A stretch of DNA of 64,000 nt from an uncultured Actinomycetota bacterium (GTDB lineage: Bacteria; Actinomycetota; Actinomycetes; Mycobacteriales; Geodermatophilaceae): contig CAVXBD010000002.1 of assembly GCA_963759905.1 (NCBI GenBank), positions 7,673 through 71,672 of the forward strand. Reading direction: 5' to 3'. Positions within the stretch are counted from its first letter, which is position 1; each line of letters opens with the position of its first letter. A program made the translations under genes and the position numbers. The notes under the pieces were generated by a model that saw only the letters and a list, made by a program, of their open reading frames with translations, searched no databases and was not told the DNA's origin. Below are positions 29,924 through 41,361 of this stretch, piece by piece.

Positions 29924-30435
29924 CCGAGCAGCCCCAGGAGATCGTCGACCCGCGCACGCTGCGGGACGTGCTGGGGCACTTCGCCTCCGGCATCACGGTG
30001 GTCACCGCGCTCGCCGAGGACGGCCCGATCGGGTTCACCTGCCAGTCCTTCAGCTCGCTGTCGCTGGACCCCGCGCTGGTCACCTTCGCCCCTGCCCGCA
30101 CCTCCACGACGTGGCCCCGGCTGCGGGCGGCCGGCCGGTTCTGCGTCAACGTGCTGGCCGATGACCAGACCCAGCTGTCGGCCGCGTTCGCCCGGTCGGG
30201 CACCGACAAGTTCGCCGGGGTCCGGTGGCAGCCCAGCGCCGGCGGCTCCCCCGTGCTGGACGGCGTGGTGGCCTGGATCGACTGCGCGCTGTGGGCCGAG
30301 TACGACGGCGGGGACCACACCATCGTGGTGGGACGGGTGCTGGACCTGGGCGCCACCCCCGAGCGCACCCCGCTGGTCTTCCACCGCGGCTCCTACGGCC
30401 TGCAGGCCGCGGTGGTGCCGCCGGCCGGGGTCTGA
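29920..30435 (+). CDS. Flavin reductase family protein
   Basis: LGHFASGITVVT, FSSLSLDP, GGDHTIVVG; ATGA overlap. Confidence 0.92.
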   Translation: MTEQPQEIVDPRTLRDVLGHFASGITVVTALAEDGPIGFTCQSFSSLSLDPALVTFAPARTSTTWPRLRAAGRFCVNVLADDQTQLSAAFARSGTDKFAGVRWQPSAGGSPVLDGVVAWIDCALWAEYDGGDHTIVVGRVLDLGATPERTPLVFHRGSYGLQAAVVPPAGV

Positions 30436-30481
30436 CCGGGGCGACGTCGGCCCGGGACGGACCTCGTCGGCCGGGGCGGAC

Positions 30482-32824
30482 TCAGTCGAAGCGGACGGCG
30501 ATCAGCGCGACGTCGTCCCGGCGGTCCAGGTCGGCATCGACGGCTCGCGCGCACAGCTCGTCGGGCTGGGCACCGACCGGGGCAGCCCGCAGCCGGGCCA
30601 CCAGCGCGGCGATGCCCTCGTCCAGATCGGCACCCGGGTGCTCGATGAGGCCGTCGGTGTAGCCGATCAGGGTGGAGCCGACCGGCAGCTCGAGTCGGCA
30701 CGTGGCCCGCACGCTCTCCCCGGCCACGCCGACCAGCATGCCGCTGACCTGGTCGAGCACCTCGACCTCGCCGTCGGGACGGCGGAGGAGCAGCGGCGGG
30801 TGCCCGGCGTTGGCCACCTCAATCGTCCAGGGTCGGCCCTCCCCCGCCGGCGGGGTCGCCCGGACGTAGGCCATGGTGGCCATCGAGGCGACGTGCAGGC
30901 CCTGGACCAACCGGTCCACCCGGCCGAGGATCGAGCCGGGATCGGGGTCGGTGGGCTCCCAGACGCAGGCCCTCAAGAGCCCGCGCAGGTGTCCCATCGC
31001 CGCCGCGGCCACCACGTCGTGGCCCACCACGTCACCGATGGCGACTCCGATGGCGCCGTCGGGCAGCTGCAGCAGGTCGTAGAAGTCGCCGCCCACGTCC
31101 GCGGCGGCGGAGGCACTGACGTAGTGCGCGGCCGAGGTCACCCGGGGGATGGTGGGCAGCTGGGGCAGCAGGGACCGCTGCAGGGTCTCGGCGACCTCGT
31201 GCTCCTGCTGGTAGAGCCGGACGTTGTCCATGGTCAGGGCCGCCCGCCGGGACAGGTCCACTGCCAGCTCGACGTCCTCCTCGGAGAAGCCCCGGTCCTC
31301 ACCCGCCATCACCAGGGCCATCGCGCCCAGGGTGCGGTGCCGGGCCACCATGGGCACCGTCAGCACCGAGGTGCCGCCCAGGGCACGGAACAGCTCGGCG
31401 GCCGCGGGCTGGGCGAAGATCCGGGCCATCCGCTCCTCGGTCATGGGGGCCACCAGGACCGGCCGGTTGGTCTCCAGGGACTGCCGGCTGGGGGAGCCGG
31501 TGGGCAGGTGCATGGCGTGCAGCGCGCTGAACTGCGCCAGCTCCTGGACCATGCCGTCCCGGTGCCGTGCCGAGGTCGCGCGGACGTGCCCCTCGGCGTC
31601 GACCAGGGTCAGGAACACCCAGTCGGCCAGCAGCGGGACGCACAGCCCGGCCAACCGGTCGAGCAGATCGTCCATGTCCAGGGTGGCCGCCAGCGTGCTG
31701 GTCGCCTCGGCCATCAACGCCAGCCGACGCTGGGCGGCCTCCGCGTCGCCGCGGGCCCGTTCGGAAGCCAGTCGGGCCGCCTCGGCTTCCTGGCGGGCGG
31801 CGCGCTCGGCGGTGAACGCCGCCTCGCGCTGGTCCTGGGCCCGGACCCGTTCGGTGACGTCGGTCTGCACGCCGACGAAGCTGGCGAGCTCGCCGTCGCC
31901 GTCGACGACGGGGCTGATCGACACCTGGTTCCAGAACGCCGTGCCGTCCTTGCGGTAGTTCAGCAGGGTCTGGGTGACCGTGCGCCCCTCGTCGAGTGCC
32001 TCCCGGATCGCCCGGACCGAGTCGGGATCGGTCGCCGGCCCCTGCAGGAAGCGGCAGTTGCGGCCCACGGATTCCTCGGCGGAGTACCCGGTGACCCGGG
32101 CGAAGGACGGGTTCACCCAGACCAGCGGGCAGTCGGGCCGGCGCGGGTCGGAGATGGTGAACGCGATGTCGGTGGCGACCACGGCGCGATCGCGCAGCGC
32201 CTGCAACCGGGTCTCGAGGTCGTCGTCGGCGGACGGGCTGTCCAGCTGCAGGAAGACGACGAGGGCGAGGCCGTCCCCGGTGCCGGCGGCCGACAGCGGG
32301 AACCCCGTCACCCACAGGGTCGTCGGCTCGCTGTCCGCCTCGGCCCGGGCCCGCTCGGTGTCCGAGCTGCGCCCGGGCGCCAGCAGCACCGCCTCCCCGG
32401 CGACCGGCAGGCCCCGGGCCACCTGGGACAGCGGACCGCTGGTGCTGGCCAGCGGGGCACCGCCGAGGTCGGTCAACCCGGCCGCGGCCCCCCAGGCGTC
32501 GACCGGCAGCGGGAGCTGGACCCGGCCGGCCAGCTCGACGGCTGCGGTGTTGGCGTACACCACGCTGCCGGCCGCCCGGTCGATGACCAGCACGGCCACC
32601 GGGACCTCGGACAGCACGCTGGGCAGCACCGACGTGGCCGGGCGGCCGGTGCGCCCGGTGGCCGAGACCGCCACGTGGGCCGCGTCGACGATGCCCGCCT
32701 GCTGGGCCTGCTGCGCCTGCTCGTCCGCTCCGGCGGCACGCGCCACCATCCCGGGGACCGCGGCGGCGGCCTCCGGGGGAACGGCTGCGATGTCGGTCCG
32801 CCGGACGTCGCTCGTGGACGGCAC
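30482..32824 (-). CDS. PAS-LOV-GAF-PP2C (SpoIIE-type) Ser/Thr phosphatase
   Basis: GRNCRFLQG LOV motif, NYRKDG..FWN, GVQTDVT; LQRSLLP, VGGDFYD, IGDVVGH, YTDGL, DDVAL. Confidence 0.93.
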   Translation of the reverse strand: MPSTSDVRRTDIAAVPPEAAAAVPGMVARAAGADEQAQQAQQAGIVDAAHVAVSATGRTGRPATSVLPSVLSEVPVAVLVIDRAAGSVVYANTAAVELAGRVQLPLPVDAWGAAAGLTDLGGAPLASTSGPLSQVARGLPVAGEAVLLAPGRSSDTERARAEADSEPTTLWVTGFPLSAAGTGDGLALVVFLQLDSPSADDDLETRLQALRDRAVVATDIAFTISDPRRPDCPLVWVNPSFARVTGYSAEESVGRNCRFLQGPATDPDSVRAIREALDEGRTVTQTLLNYRKDGTAFWNQVSISPVVDGDGELASFVGVQTDVTERVRAQDQREAAFTAERAARQEAEAARLASERARGDAEAAQRRLALMAEATSTLAATLDMDDLLDRLAGLCVPLLADWVFLTLVDAEGHVRATSARHRDGMVQELAQFSALHAMHLPTGSPSRQSLETNRPVLVAPMTEERMARIFAQPAAAELFRALGGTSVLTVPMVARHRTLGAMALVMAGEDRGFSEEDVELAVDLSRRAALTMDNVRLYQQEHEVAETLQRSLLPQLPTIPRVTSAAHYVSASAAADVGGDFYDLLQLPDGAIGVAIGDVVGHDVVAAAAMGHLRGLLRACVWEPTDPDPGSILGRVDRLVQGLHVASMATMAYVRATPPAGEGRPWTIEVANAGHPPLLLRRPDGEVEVLDQVSGMLVGVAGESVRATCRLELPVGSTLIGYTDGLIEHPGADLDEGIAALVARLRAAPVGAQPDELCARAVDADLDRRDDVALIAVRFD

Positions 32825-32872
32825 GATCCCAGGTTATCGGTGGGCCGGACCCTCCCGCACGGGCCGGGGCTG

Positions 32873-33415
32873 TCAGGGGTGGCCCGGGGAACCCTCCGGG
32901 CGGTGGGCGGCGTCCCCGGCCACGTCCCCGGTCGTCTCCCCGGTCACCCGGTCGGTGGTGTCCTCGGTCGCGTCCCGGTCGAGGTCGCGCAGGTGCCGGA
33001 GCCAGAGCAGTCCCAGCACCGGCAGGACGAGCGGGATGAAGCCGTAGCCCTGGCCGTAACCGGACCAGACGGTGGCATCGGGGAAAGCCTGCCGGTCGAC
33101 CAGTGACGCCGTGCCGACCACCAGCACGCCGATCAGCTCCACCAGGCAGGCGACCACCGCGGTCCGGCGTCCCGACCGGCCGCCACGGGCCAGCCCGACC
33201 GTGGCCACCAGGTAGACGACCGCGGAGAACGCCGACAGCAGGTAGGCCAGCGGGGCCTCGTGGAACTGGGTGCTCAGCTGCACCGCGGCACGGGCCCCGG
33301 CGGCCAGCGCGAAAACCCCGTAGAGGGCGACGAGCACCCGGCCGGGCCCGGCAGCGCTGCCAGCCCCGGCGGGTCCACCGGGGACGGCGGCGGGGGCACC
33401 GAGGCGGTCAGGCAC
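32873..33415 (-). CDS. Integral membrane protein
   Basis: Four hydrophobic segments; DATVWSGYGQGYGFIPL; coupled to upstream gene. Confidence 0.75.
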   Translation of the reverse strand: MPDRLGAPAAVPGGPAGAGSAAGPGRVLVALYGVFALAAGARAAVQLSTQFHEAPLAYLLSAFSAVVYLVATVGLARGGRSGRRTAVVACLVELIGVLVVGTASLVDRQAFPDATVWSGYGQGYGFIPLVLPVLGLLWLRHLRDLDRDATEDTTDRVTGETTGDVAGDAAHRPEGSPGHP

Positions 33416-33773
33416 CGGTCGCCTCCCACAGCTGCAGCAGCCGCCAGACCATCACGGCGACCACCAGTCCGGCGACGGCCAGCACCGTGCCGGCCCACCG
33501 GGTGGGTTCCGATCGGGACCACAGCACGCCGGCGACGGGCACCAGCACCACGCTGACCAGGTAGGCCAGGAAGGTCGCGGTCTCCGGCGGCCGGTCCCCG
33601 GACACCAGGGCGACGACGACCATCCCGAACTGCACGAGCAGCACCAGCTCCAGCACTCCTGCGGCCAGCAGGTGCGCCAGCCCGGTCCGCCGTCGCAGCA
33701 GCGTGGACAGCCCGCCCAGCACGGTGACGACCAGGGCCGCCACTGTGGCGGCCACCACGAGGGGGGTGCTCAT
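33408..33773 (-). CDS. Small integral membrane protein
   Basis: Four hydrophobic segments; overlaps downstream gene. Confidence 0.75.
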   Translation of the reverse strand: MSTPLVVAATVAALVVTVLGGLSTLLRRRTGLAHLLAAGVLELVLLVQFGMVVVALVSGDRPPETATFLAYLVSVVLVPVAGVLWSRSEPTRWAGTVLAVAGLVVAVMVWRLLQLWEATGA

Positions 33774-33914
33774 CGCCGTCCTGGACCGGTGGTCACACCG
33801 CCATCCTCCCAGCGTCGGTCACCCCACCGACGGAGTGGTCGGTGGCGCGCCACATGATCATCCCCGATCTGATGGGGCATCACAATCCACCCGGGATGCG
33901 GCACACTTCCCGAT

Positions 33915-34799
33915 GTGACGGTGCGGGAGCTGGTGGCGGATCTCGTCGACGAGCACCTCGACCGGCTCACCGGCGATCCCGTGCGCCTGCAGACGCTGAT
34001 CGCGCTGCTGGACGATCTGGGGGTGTCCGAGCCGACGAGCCGGGTGGCGCTGGCCGGTCTGCGGCAGGAGGGATCCCTGCTCGCCAGCCGCACCGGCCGG
34101 GAGACCCGCTACCTGCCGACCGACCGGCTCCGGGCGGACCGCCGTCGCCAGGAGGAACGGATGGCCGGGCGGCTGCAGCGCTGGGACGGCTGCTGGCGGA
34201 TGGTCATCTACACCGTGCCCGAGACCAGGCGGGCCACCCGGGAGCGCTTCCGCCGGACGCTGGGCCGGCACGGCTTCGGCATGCTGGCGCCGTCCACCTG
34301 GATCTCCCCGCACGAGATCGCCCTCGAGGAGGTCCGGACCGAGCTCGCCGCCGAACCCGCCGCCCGGGTGGAGGTGCTCCGGGCCCAGCCGTCCGCCACC
34401 GGGCACCCGGGTACCGACCGGTGGGACGCCGACCGGGGGCTGGCCCATCGCTGCTGGGACCTGCGCGGACTGGCCGCGGGGTACCGCGAGCTGGCCGACG
34501 TGTTCGACCGCCAGCTCGACCGTCCGCTGCCCCGGGGGGCGGCGGCGCTGCGCGCCCACCTGGACGCTGTGCTGGTCTTCCGGGCGACGGCGGGTGCCGA
34601 CCCGTTCCTGCCCGCCGAACTCCTGCCGCCGGACTGGCCGGGCCAGCAGGCCTGCGATGCCTGGGGCGCGTTGATCGGTCGGCTGGCCGAGCCGGCCCGG
34701 GAGCACGTGGCGGCCCGGTTGGCCCAGACCCGGACCCGGAACCACGAGTCGGTCCGGGTCATCTCGCCGGTGCGTCGGGAGGAGCCCTCCGGGCGGTGA
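33915..34799 (+). CDS. PaaX family transcriptional regulator
   Basis: N-terminal wHTH, WDGCW..IYTVPE, GFG.LAPSTWISP, DPFLPAELLPPDWPG. Confidence 0.88.
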   Translation: MTVRELVADLVDEHLDRLTGDPVRLQTLIALLDDLGVSEPTSRVALAGLRQEGSLLASRTGRETRYLPTDRLRADRRRQEERMAGRLQRWDGCWRMVIYTVPETRRATRERFRRTLGRHGFGMLAPSTWISPHEIALEEVRTELAAEPAARVEVLRAQPSATGHPGTDRWDADRGLAHRCWDLRGLAAGYRELADVFDRQLDRPLPRGAAALRAHLDAVLVFRATAGADPFLPAELLPPDWPGQQACDAWGALIGRLAEPAREHVAARLAQTRTRNHESVRVISPVRREEPSGR

Positions 34800-34867
34800 C
34801 GCACCGGTCCGACCCACCGGGGCGGGCCGGCGTGCGGCACACCTGCCCCGGCGGGCCGGGCGCCTGC

Positions 34868-35860
34868 TCAGACGTGCACGCCGGACATGTCCGGGTACCG
34901 GTCGCCCACCGCGGCACCCACCGGGGCTGCCTCGTCCAGTGCCCGCAGCTCGTCGGCACCCAGTGCCAGGTCGGCCGCCGCAGCGTTCTCCTCCAGGTAG
35001 GAGACCCGCTTGGTGCCCGGGATGGGGACGATGGTCGGCAGCCCTGCCGACCCCGACCGGGCCATCACCCAGGCCAGGGCCAGCTGGGTGGCGGTGACCC
35101 CGCGGTCCTCGGCCAGCCGGCGCACCCGGTCCACCAGCTGCAGGTTCTGCTCGAACGCCGCCCCCTGGAACCGCGGGTTGTGCCGGCGGAAGTCGCCCTC
35201 GTCCAGGTCCTCGATGCTGCGGATCCTCCCCGAGAGGAACCCGCGCCCGATCGGCGAGTAGGCCACGAAGCCGATGCCCAGCTCGGCGCACACGGCGAAG
35301 ACGCCGTCGGTCTCGGGATCACGGGTCCACAGCGAGTACTCGGTCTGCACCGCCGTCACCGGCTGGACGGCGTGCGCGCGCCGGATGGTGTCCGGAGCTG
35401 CCTCGGAGATGCCGGCGTGCCGGATCTTCCCGGCCTGGACCAGCTCGGCGATCGCACCCCAGGTGTCCTCGATCGGGACGCCGGGGTCCACCCGGTGCTG
35501 GTAGTACAGGTCGATGACGTCGACGCCGAGCCGCTGCAGGGAGGCGTCGCACGCCGCGCGCACGTAGTCGGGCTTGCCGTTGACGCCCAGCCGCGTGCCG
35601 TCGGGCCGGCGCTCGTTGCCGAACTTGGTGGCCAGCACCACCTCGTCGCGGCGGTCGGCGATGGCCCGGCCCACCAGCTGCTCGTTGGTGAAGGGGCCGT
35701 ACATGTCCGCGGTGTCCAGGAACGTGACGCCGAGGTCCAGGGCGCGGTGGATGGTCCGCTCGGCCTCGGCCTGGTCACCGGTGCCGTAGAACTCGCTCAT
35801 CCCCATGCATCCCAGGCCCTGGGCGGAGACGGTCAGGTCGCGCAGCGTGCGTGTGTCCAT
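34868..35860 (-). CDS. Aldo/keto reductase
   Basis: [42 protein letters not shown]. Confidence 0.95.
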   Translation of the reverse strand: MDTRTLRDLTVSAQGLGCMGMSEFYGTGDQAEAERTIHRALDLGVTFLDTADMYGPFTNEQLVGRAIADRRDEVVLATKFGNERRPDGTRLGVNGKPDYVRAACDASLQRLGVDVIDLYYQHRVDPGVPIEDTWGAIAELVQAGKIRHAGISEAAPDTIRRAHAVQPVTAVQTEYSLWTRDPETDGVFAVCAELGIGFVAYSPIGRGFLSGRIRSIEDLDEGDFRRHNPRFQGAAFEQNLQLVDRVRRLAEDRGVTATQLALAWVMARSGSAGLPTIVPIPGTKRVSYLEENAAAADLALGADELRALDEAAPVGAAVGDRYPDMSGVHV

Positions 35861-35924
35861 GGGTCGGTCCTGCCCGATCGATGCGCGGCACAACCATGGT
35901 GTCCACGGGGTGCCCCGAGGGGCG

Positions 35925-35940
35925 GGTTCCACGTGGAACC
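35925..35940. other. parS-type palindrome (intergenic)
   Basis: GGTTCCACGTGGAACC. Confidence 0.8.
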
Positions 35941-35974
35941 GAACCGCTCGGCGGGCCGGTGGCGAACGGTCGGC

Positions 35975-36424
35975 ATGAAGCGCGGTGACGTGGCCCCCGA
36001 TTTCGAGCTGCCCGACCAGGACGGCACGCCCCGCCGGCTGTCCACGATGCTGGCCGACGGGCCGGTGGTGCTGTTCTTCTACCCGTTGGCGTCCTCGGGC
36101 GGCTGCACCACGGAGATGTGCAGCGTCCGGGACGAGGCGGCCCGGTTCGCCGCGGTGGGTGCCCAGCGGATCGGGATCAGCCGGGACCCGGTCGCCCGGC
36201 AGAAGGCCTTCGCCGAGGGCAACGGCTTGGACTACCCGCTGCTGGCCGATGTCGACGGCGAGGTCTGCGCGGCCTACGGCACGCGGCGCAACCTGGCCGC
36301 CGCGCCGGTGAAGCGGCATACCGTGGTGATCGGGACCGACGGGGTGGTCCGCGACGTGGTGAAGAGCGAGTTCCGGTTCGGCAAGCACGCCGACCGGGCG
36401 CTGGCCGCTCTGCGCCCTGCCTGA
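35975..36424 (+). CDS. Peroxiredoxin (Bcp-type)
   Basis: [26 protein letters not shown]. Confidence 0.88.
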   Translation: MKRGDVAPDFELPDQDGTPRRLSTMLADGPVVLFFYPLASSGGCTTEMCSVRDEAARFAAVGAQRIGISRDPVARQKAFAEGNGLDYPLLADVDGEVCAAYGTRRNLAAAPVKRHTVVIGTDGVVRDVVKSEFRFGKHADRALAALRPA

Positions 36425-36487
36425 GCTGCGGGCCTGAGCTGCCGGCCTGAGCTGCCCGGCCGAGCTGCCGCTGCCGGGTGATGGACC

Positions 36488-36523
36488 CCTGCCGGGTGGG
36501 CGGCCGATCCCCCACCCGGCAGG
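36488..36523. terminator. Hairpin between convergent bcp and CoA-transferase genes
   Basis: CCTGCCGGGTGGG-N10-CCCACCCGGCAGG. Confidence 0.65.
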
Positions 36524-36558
36524 CCGGTGCCACCCCGGGGGCGCCCGGGGCCGGGTCG

Positions 36559-37659
36559 TCAGCGGCCCAGTTCGGCCCGGATCTCCGTGTCGTGCTGGCC
36601 CACGGTGGGGATCGACCCGACCGTGCCCGGGGTGGCCGAGAAGCGCGGCGCGACGGCGGGCTGCACCTTCCCGTCCACCTCGACGAACACCTGGCGGGCC
36701 CGGTTGTGCTCGTCCCGGGTGGCCTCTACCAGGGACCACACCGGGGCCACGCAAGCATCGGTGCCGGCGAAGACCTGCCACCACTCCTCCCGGGTGCGGG
36801 TGGCCAGGACCGAGCTGAAGCGGTCCCGCAGCACCGGCCAGGCGGCGACGTCGGACCGGTCGGGCAGCGTGGCGTCCTCCGCCAGGCCCAGACCCTCCAG
36901 CAGGGCGCCGTAGAACTGCTCCTCCAGCGCGCCGACGGCGAGGAACTGCCCGTCCGCGCAGCGGTACACGTCGTAGAACGGTGCCCCGGTGTCCAGCAGG
37001 TTCACCCCGCGGGCGTCGGTCCACGCCCCGGTGTCCAGCAGCCCGTGGATCATCGTGGTGAGCACGGCGGTGCCGTCGACGATGGCCGCGTCCACCACCT
37101 GCCCCTGGCCCGAGCCGCGGGCGTGCAGCACCCCGGCGACGACGCCGAGGGCCAGGAACACCCCGCCACCGCCGAAGTCGCCCAGCAGGTTCACCGGCGG
37201 GGCCGGCCGTTCGCCGGGCCGGCCGGAGGCGCCCAGCGCCCCGGTCAGCGCGATGTAGCCGATGTCGTGCCCGGCGCTGTCGGCCAGCGGACCGGTCTGC
37301 CCCCACCCGGTCATCCGCCCGTAGACCAGCGCGGGGTTGAGCTGGTGCGCCTGCTCGGGGCCCAGCCCCAGCCGCTCCATCACCCCGGGCCGGAACCCCT
37401 CCAGCAGCACGTCGGACCGCGCCACCAGCGCCCGGACGACGGTCAGGTCGTCGGCGTCCTTGAGGTCCAGGGCGATGGACCGCTTCCCCCGGTCCAGCAT
37501 CGACGTGCCGCCCAGCGAACCGACCAGCCCGGTCGGGGCGATGCGCCGGTCGATCCGGACGACGTCGGCCCCCAGGTCGGCCAGCAGCATCCCGCAGAAC
37601 GGTCCCGGACCCAGCCCGGCGAACTCGACGACACGCACACCCTGCAGCGGACCGGCCAC
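36559..37659 (-). CDS. CaiB/BaiF CoA-transferase family III (alpha-methylacyl-CoA racemase-like)
   Basis: [46 protein letters not shown]. Confidence 0.92.
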   Translation of the reverse strand: MAGPLQGVRVVEFAGLGPGPFCGMLLADLGADVVRIDRRIAPTGLVGSLGGTSMLDRGKRSIALDLKDADDLTVVRALVARSDVLLEGFRPGVMERLGLGPEQAHQLNPALVYGRMTGWGQTGPLADSAGHDIGYIALTGALGASGRPGERPAPPVNLLGDFGGGGVFLALGVVAGVLHARGSGQGQVVDAAIVDGTAVLTTMIHGLLDTGAWTDARGVNLLDTGAPFYDVYRCADGQFLAVGALEEQFYGALLEGLGLAEDATLPDRSDVAAWPVLRDRFSSVLATRTREEWWQVFAGTDACVAPVWSLVEATRDEHNRARQVFVEVDGKVQPAVAPRFSATPGTVGSIPTVGQHDTEIRAELGR

Positions 37660-37729
37660 GGCGACACCTTCCCCGACCCTCTCGGAGCCCGCCGCGGTGC
37701 GGGCCTCCCGGCTGGCATGCTGCCGCACC

Positions 37730-38107
37730 GTGCGTCCCTACCTCGTGGTGGCTGCCGGTGGAGCGCTCGGCGCCCTCGCCCGGTGGGCCGTCGGCACCGG
37801 GCTGCCGCACCGGCCGGGCAGCTGGCCGTGGGCCACGCTGACCGTGAACGTCACCGGGTGCCTGGTGATCGGTGTGCTGCTGGCGGTGCTGACGGCACGG
37901 CGTCCGGGCTCGGCACTCCTGCGGGTGTTCCTGGCCACCGGCGTGCTGGGCGGGTACACCACGTTCTCCGCGCTGGCCGTCGACGCGGTGCAGCTCGTGG
38001 CGGCCGGGCGATGGCCGGTGGCGGTCGGTTACCTGCTGGCCAGCGTGGTCGGTGGGCTGGCGGCCGCGGTCGGTGGTCTGCGAGCGGCCCGGTGGTGGAC
38101 GTCGTGA
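37730..38107 (+). CDS. crcB: Fluoride efflux channel Fluc
   Basis: [28 protein letters not shown]. Confidence 0.9.
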   Translation: MRPYLVVAAGGALGALARWAVGTGLPHRPGSWPWATLTVNVTGCLVIGVLLAVLTARRPGSALLRVFLATGVLGGYTTFSALAVDAVQLVAAGRWPVAVGYLLASVVGGLAAAVGGLRAARWWTS

Positions 38108-38144
38108 CGGCTGCCGCGGACGGTTGCCTCGTGACGGGCCCCTC

Positions 38145-38498
38145 GTGACCGCGCTGTGGGTGGCCCTGGGGGCGCTGGCCGGAGCGCCGCTGCGGCTGGC
38201 GGCCGACCGGTTCGCCGTGGCCCGCCGGGGCCGGGGCAGCGTGCTGGGCATCTTCGCGGTGAACGTGGCGGGCAGCGTCCTGCTGGGCGTCCTGGTGGGC
38301 TGGCGGGACCTGTCCCCGGTGGTGCTGGCGCTGGTGGGCACGGGGTTCTGCGGCACGCTCACCACGTTCTCGACCTTCGGCTACGACGTGGTGCGGTTGG
38401 CCGAGGAGCGGCGGGTGCTGCGGGCGCTGGGCTACCTGACCGGATCGCTGCTGCTGGGCGTCGGCGGTGCAGCCGCGGGTTACTTCGCCGCCCGGTGA
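38145..38498 (+). CDS. crcB: Second Fluc subunit
   Basis: [18 protein letters not shown]. Confidence 0.88.
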   Translation: MTALWVALGALAGAPLRLAADRFAVARRGRGSVLGIFAVNVAGSVLLGVLVGWRDLSPVVLALVGTGFCGTLTTFSTFGYDVVRLAEERRVLRALGYLTGSLLLGVGGAAAGYFAAR

Positions 38499-38551
38499 CC
38501 GGCGGACGGGCGCGCGCGACCGTTCCGGCCGGGCAGTAGGGTCCGGTCGGG

Positions 38552-39967
38552 ATGGCAGACGAGCAGAAGCAGGGAACCGGGGCGGACAGCCCCGTGGTCG
38601 TGGTCGCCAACCGGTTGCCGGTGGACCAGGTGATCGCCTCCGACGGGTCGGTCAGCTGGACCCGCAGCCCCGGTGGGCTGGTCACCGCACTGGAGCCGTT
38701 CGTGGCCGGCCGGGGTGGGGCCTGGGTGGGCTGGTCGGGCAAACCCGGTGATGCGCCCGAGCCCTTCGAGTCCGGCGGCATGCACCTGGTCCCGGTCGGG
38801 CTGACCGAGGACGAGGTCGACCAGTACTACGAGGGATTCTCGAATGCCTCGCTGTGGCCGCTCTACCACGACGTGGTGGAGAAGCCCGAGTACCACCGGA
38901 CCTGGTGGAACAGCTACGTGCAGGTCAACCGGCGGTTCGCCGAGCGGGCCGCCGAGGTGGCCGCCGAGGGTGCGATCGTCTGGGTGCACGACTACCAGCT
39001 GCAGCTGGTACCGGCGATGCTCCGGCAGCTTCGCCCTGACCTGACCATCGGGTTCTTCCTGCACATCCCGTTCCCGCCGTACGAGCTGTTCACCCAGCTG
39101 CCCTGGCGCTGGGCGATCGTGGAGGGCCTGCTGGGCGCCGACCTGATCGGTTTCCAGATGCCGGCCGCGGCGGCCAACTTCGTGCAGCTGGCCCGGCGGC
39201 TGCACGAGCTGCCCACCAAGGGCAGCACCATCGACTACGAGGGCCGCACGGTCACCGCCAAGGCCTTCCCCATCTCCATCGACGTGTCCACGTTCGAGGA
39301 GCTCGCCCGCACGCCGGAGGTGCTGGAGCGGGCCGCGGAGATCCGCCGCGAGCTGGGCAACCCCGAGAAGGTGGTGCTGGGCGTCGACCGGTTGGACTAC
39401 ACCAAGGGCATCGGGGTGCGGCTGGAGGTCTTCCTGGAGCTGCTGGAGGACGAGCAGATCGAGGCGCCGTCCACGGTGCTGGTGCAGGTGGCCACGCCCA
39501 GCCGGGAGCGGGTCGAGCACTACGTGACCATGCGCGAGTCCATCGAGCAGCAGGTCGGCCACATCAACGGGGTCTTCGGCTCCACCGCCGGCCCCCCGGT
39601 GCACTACTTCAACCAGTCGATGCCCCGCGAGGAGCTGGCCGCCCTGTACCGGGCGGCCGACGTCATGCTGGTCACGCCCTACCGGGACGGCATGAACCTG
39701 GTGGCCAAGGAGTACGTCGCCGCCCGCAGCGACAACGGCGGCACGCTCGTGCTCAGCGAGTTCGCCGGCGCCGCGGCGGAGCTCAAGCAGGCCTACCTGG
39801 TCAACCCGCACGACAAGGACGGCGTCAAGCGGCAGCTGATGCGGGCGCTGCGGGCCGACCCCGCCGAGGCCGCGCGGGCGATGAAGGCGATGCGCCGCTA
39901 CCTGGCCCGGCACGACCTGGAGCACTGGGCCGACTCGTTCTTCCGGGCGCTGCAGGCGCAGGCATGA
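38552..39967 (+). CDS. otsA: Trehalose-6-phosphate synthase
   Basis: [46 protein letters not shown]. Confidence 0.96.
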   Translation: MADEQKQGTGADSPVVVVANRLPVDQVIASDGSVSWTRSPGGLVTALEPFVAGRGGAWVGWSGKPGDAPEPFESGGMHLVPVGLTEDEVDQYYEGFSNASLWPLYHDVVEKPEYHRTWWNSYVQVNRRFAERAAEVAAEGAIVWVHDYQLQLVPAMLRQLRPDLTIGFFLHIPFPPYELFTQLPWRWAIVEGLLGADLIGFQMPAAAANFVQLARRLHELPTKGSTIDYEGRTVTAKAFPISIDVSTFEELARTPEVLERAAEIRRELGNPEKVVLGVDRLDYTKGIGVRLEVFLELLEDEQIEAPSTVLVQVATPSRERVEHYVTMRESIEQQVGHINGVFGSTAGPPVHYFNQSMPREELAALYRAADVMLVTPYRDGMNLVAKEYVAARSDNGGTLVLSEFAGAAAELKQAYLVNPHDKDGVKRQLMRALRADPAEAARAMKAMRRYLARHDLEHWADSFFRALQAQA

Positions 39968-40716
39968 CCGGGGAGCCGGGGCTGGGCCTCCAGGACGCCA
40001 TCGATGGCCTCGCGCTGCGCCGGCCGCTGCTGCTGGCCAGCGACTACGACGGCGTGCTGGCCCGGCTGCGCGACGTGCCCGGCCAGGCGGTGCCCGAGGA
40101 GTGGGTGGCCGACCTGCTGACCCGGCTGACCACCGCCGAGGGGGTGACGGTCGCGCTGGTGAGCGGCCGCGGGGTGGCCGACCTGCAGGCCACCAGCGGG
40201 CTGGAGGGTCCCTACCGGTGGGTGGGCAGCCACGGGGCCGAGTTCGACGGCGAGCTGGACCCCGCTGTGCAGGCGCACCGGGACCGGTTGGTGGAGCAGC
40301 TGCGCCCGCTGGTCGAGGCGGTTCCCGGGGCCGGGCTGGAGGTCAAGCCGGCCGCCGTCGCGGTGCACGTGCGGACCGCCGCTCCCGACGCCGGATCACG
40401 GCTGCTGCGCGAGGTGGCCGAGGGACCCGGTGCGGGCGAGGGGTTGACCCGCAAGCCCGGCAAGGACGTGCTGGAACTGGCCGTGACCGACGCCGACAAG
40501 GGCAGTGCACTGCTGCGGCTGCGTGCCGAGCTGGGGGCCGACGGCGTGCTCTACCTGGGTGACGACGTGACCGACGAGGACGCGTTCGTGGCACTGGACG
40601 GCGACGGCGTCACGGTCAAGATCGGCACCGGGCCGACCGCGGCCCAGCACCGGGTCGCCGACCTGGACGGCGTGCGCGCCCTCCTGGGCCGGCTGGCCAC
40701 CGCGCTGGGCGTCTGA
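39964..40716 (+). CDS. otsB: Trehalose-6-phosphate phosphatase
   Basis: [32 protein letters not shown] motifs; ATGA overlap with otsA. Confidence 0.93.
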   Translation: MTGEPGLGLQDAIDGLALRRPLLLASDYDGVLARLRDVPGQAVPEEWVADLLTRLTTAEGVTVALVSGRGVADLQATSGLEGPYRWVGSHGAEFDGELDPAVQAHRDRLVEQLRPLVEAVPGAGLEVKPAAVAVHVRTAAPDAGSRLLREVAEGPGAGEGLTRKPGKDVLELAVTDADKGSALLRLRAELGADGVLYLGDDVTDEDAFVALDGDGVTVKIGTGPTAAQHRVADLDGVRALLGRLATALGV

Positions 40717-40764
40717 CCCGCGCGTTCCCGGCGCGGGGAGCCTGGACGCGGCACACTGCGGTCC

Positions 40765-41361
40765 GTGTCCCGGGACCTGCGCGTGTGCTTCGTCGGCGAC
40801 TCCTTCACCGCGGGAACCGGTGACGAGACCGGGCTCGGCTGGGTGCGGCCGCTGGTGGCCCAGGCGCAGGCCGGTGGCACCCCGCTGACGGCCTACGAGC
40901 TCGGCGTCCGGCGGGACACCTCGCTGGACATCGCCCGCCGGTTCCACCCCGAGGTGGCCGCCCGCTTCGCCGACGGGGACGACCTGCGGGTGGTGCTGGC
41001 CCTCGGTGCCAACGACGTGTCGGCGCCGGCCGGCCGGCCCCGGGTGCCGCACGAACGCACCCTGGCGGTGCTCACCGACCTGCTCGACGACGCCTGGGCC
41101 ACCGGCTGGTCGGTGTTCGTCGTCGGCCCGCCGACCTCGCTGGACCCCGCGCAGACCGCCCGCGCCCTGGACCTCTCGCTGGGCATGGCGCAGGTCTGCC
41201 AGGAGTGTGCGGTCCCCTTCGTCGACGTGGCCCGCGAGCTGGCCGGCGACCCGGTCTGGCGGGAAGCGGTGCTGGCCGGGGACGGGGTGCACCCCCGATC
41301 CGAGGGTTACCGGCGGATCGCCGACCTGGTCGGGGAGCCGCTGCTGGACTGGCTGGACTGA
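40765..41361 (+). CDS. GDSL/SGNH hydrolase
   Basis: FVGDSF, LGAND, DGVHP. Confidence 0.9.
   Translation: MSRDLRVCFVGDSFTAGTGDETGLGWVRPLVAQAQAGGTPLTAYELGVRRDTSLDIARRFHPEVAARFADGDDLRVVLALGANDVSAPAGRPRVPHERTLAVLTDLLDDAWATGWSVFVVGPPTSLDPAQTARALDLSLGMAQVCQECAVPFVDVARELAGDPVWREAVLAGDGVHPRSEGYRRIADLVGEPLLDWLD

Noticed and set aside
33845-33915. Possible PaaX operator or small RNA in the AT-richer spacer upstream of paaX
   Set aside because: Only weak, imperfect symmetry and no second copy to support a consensus.
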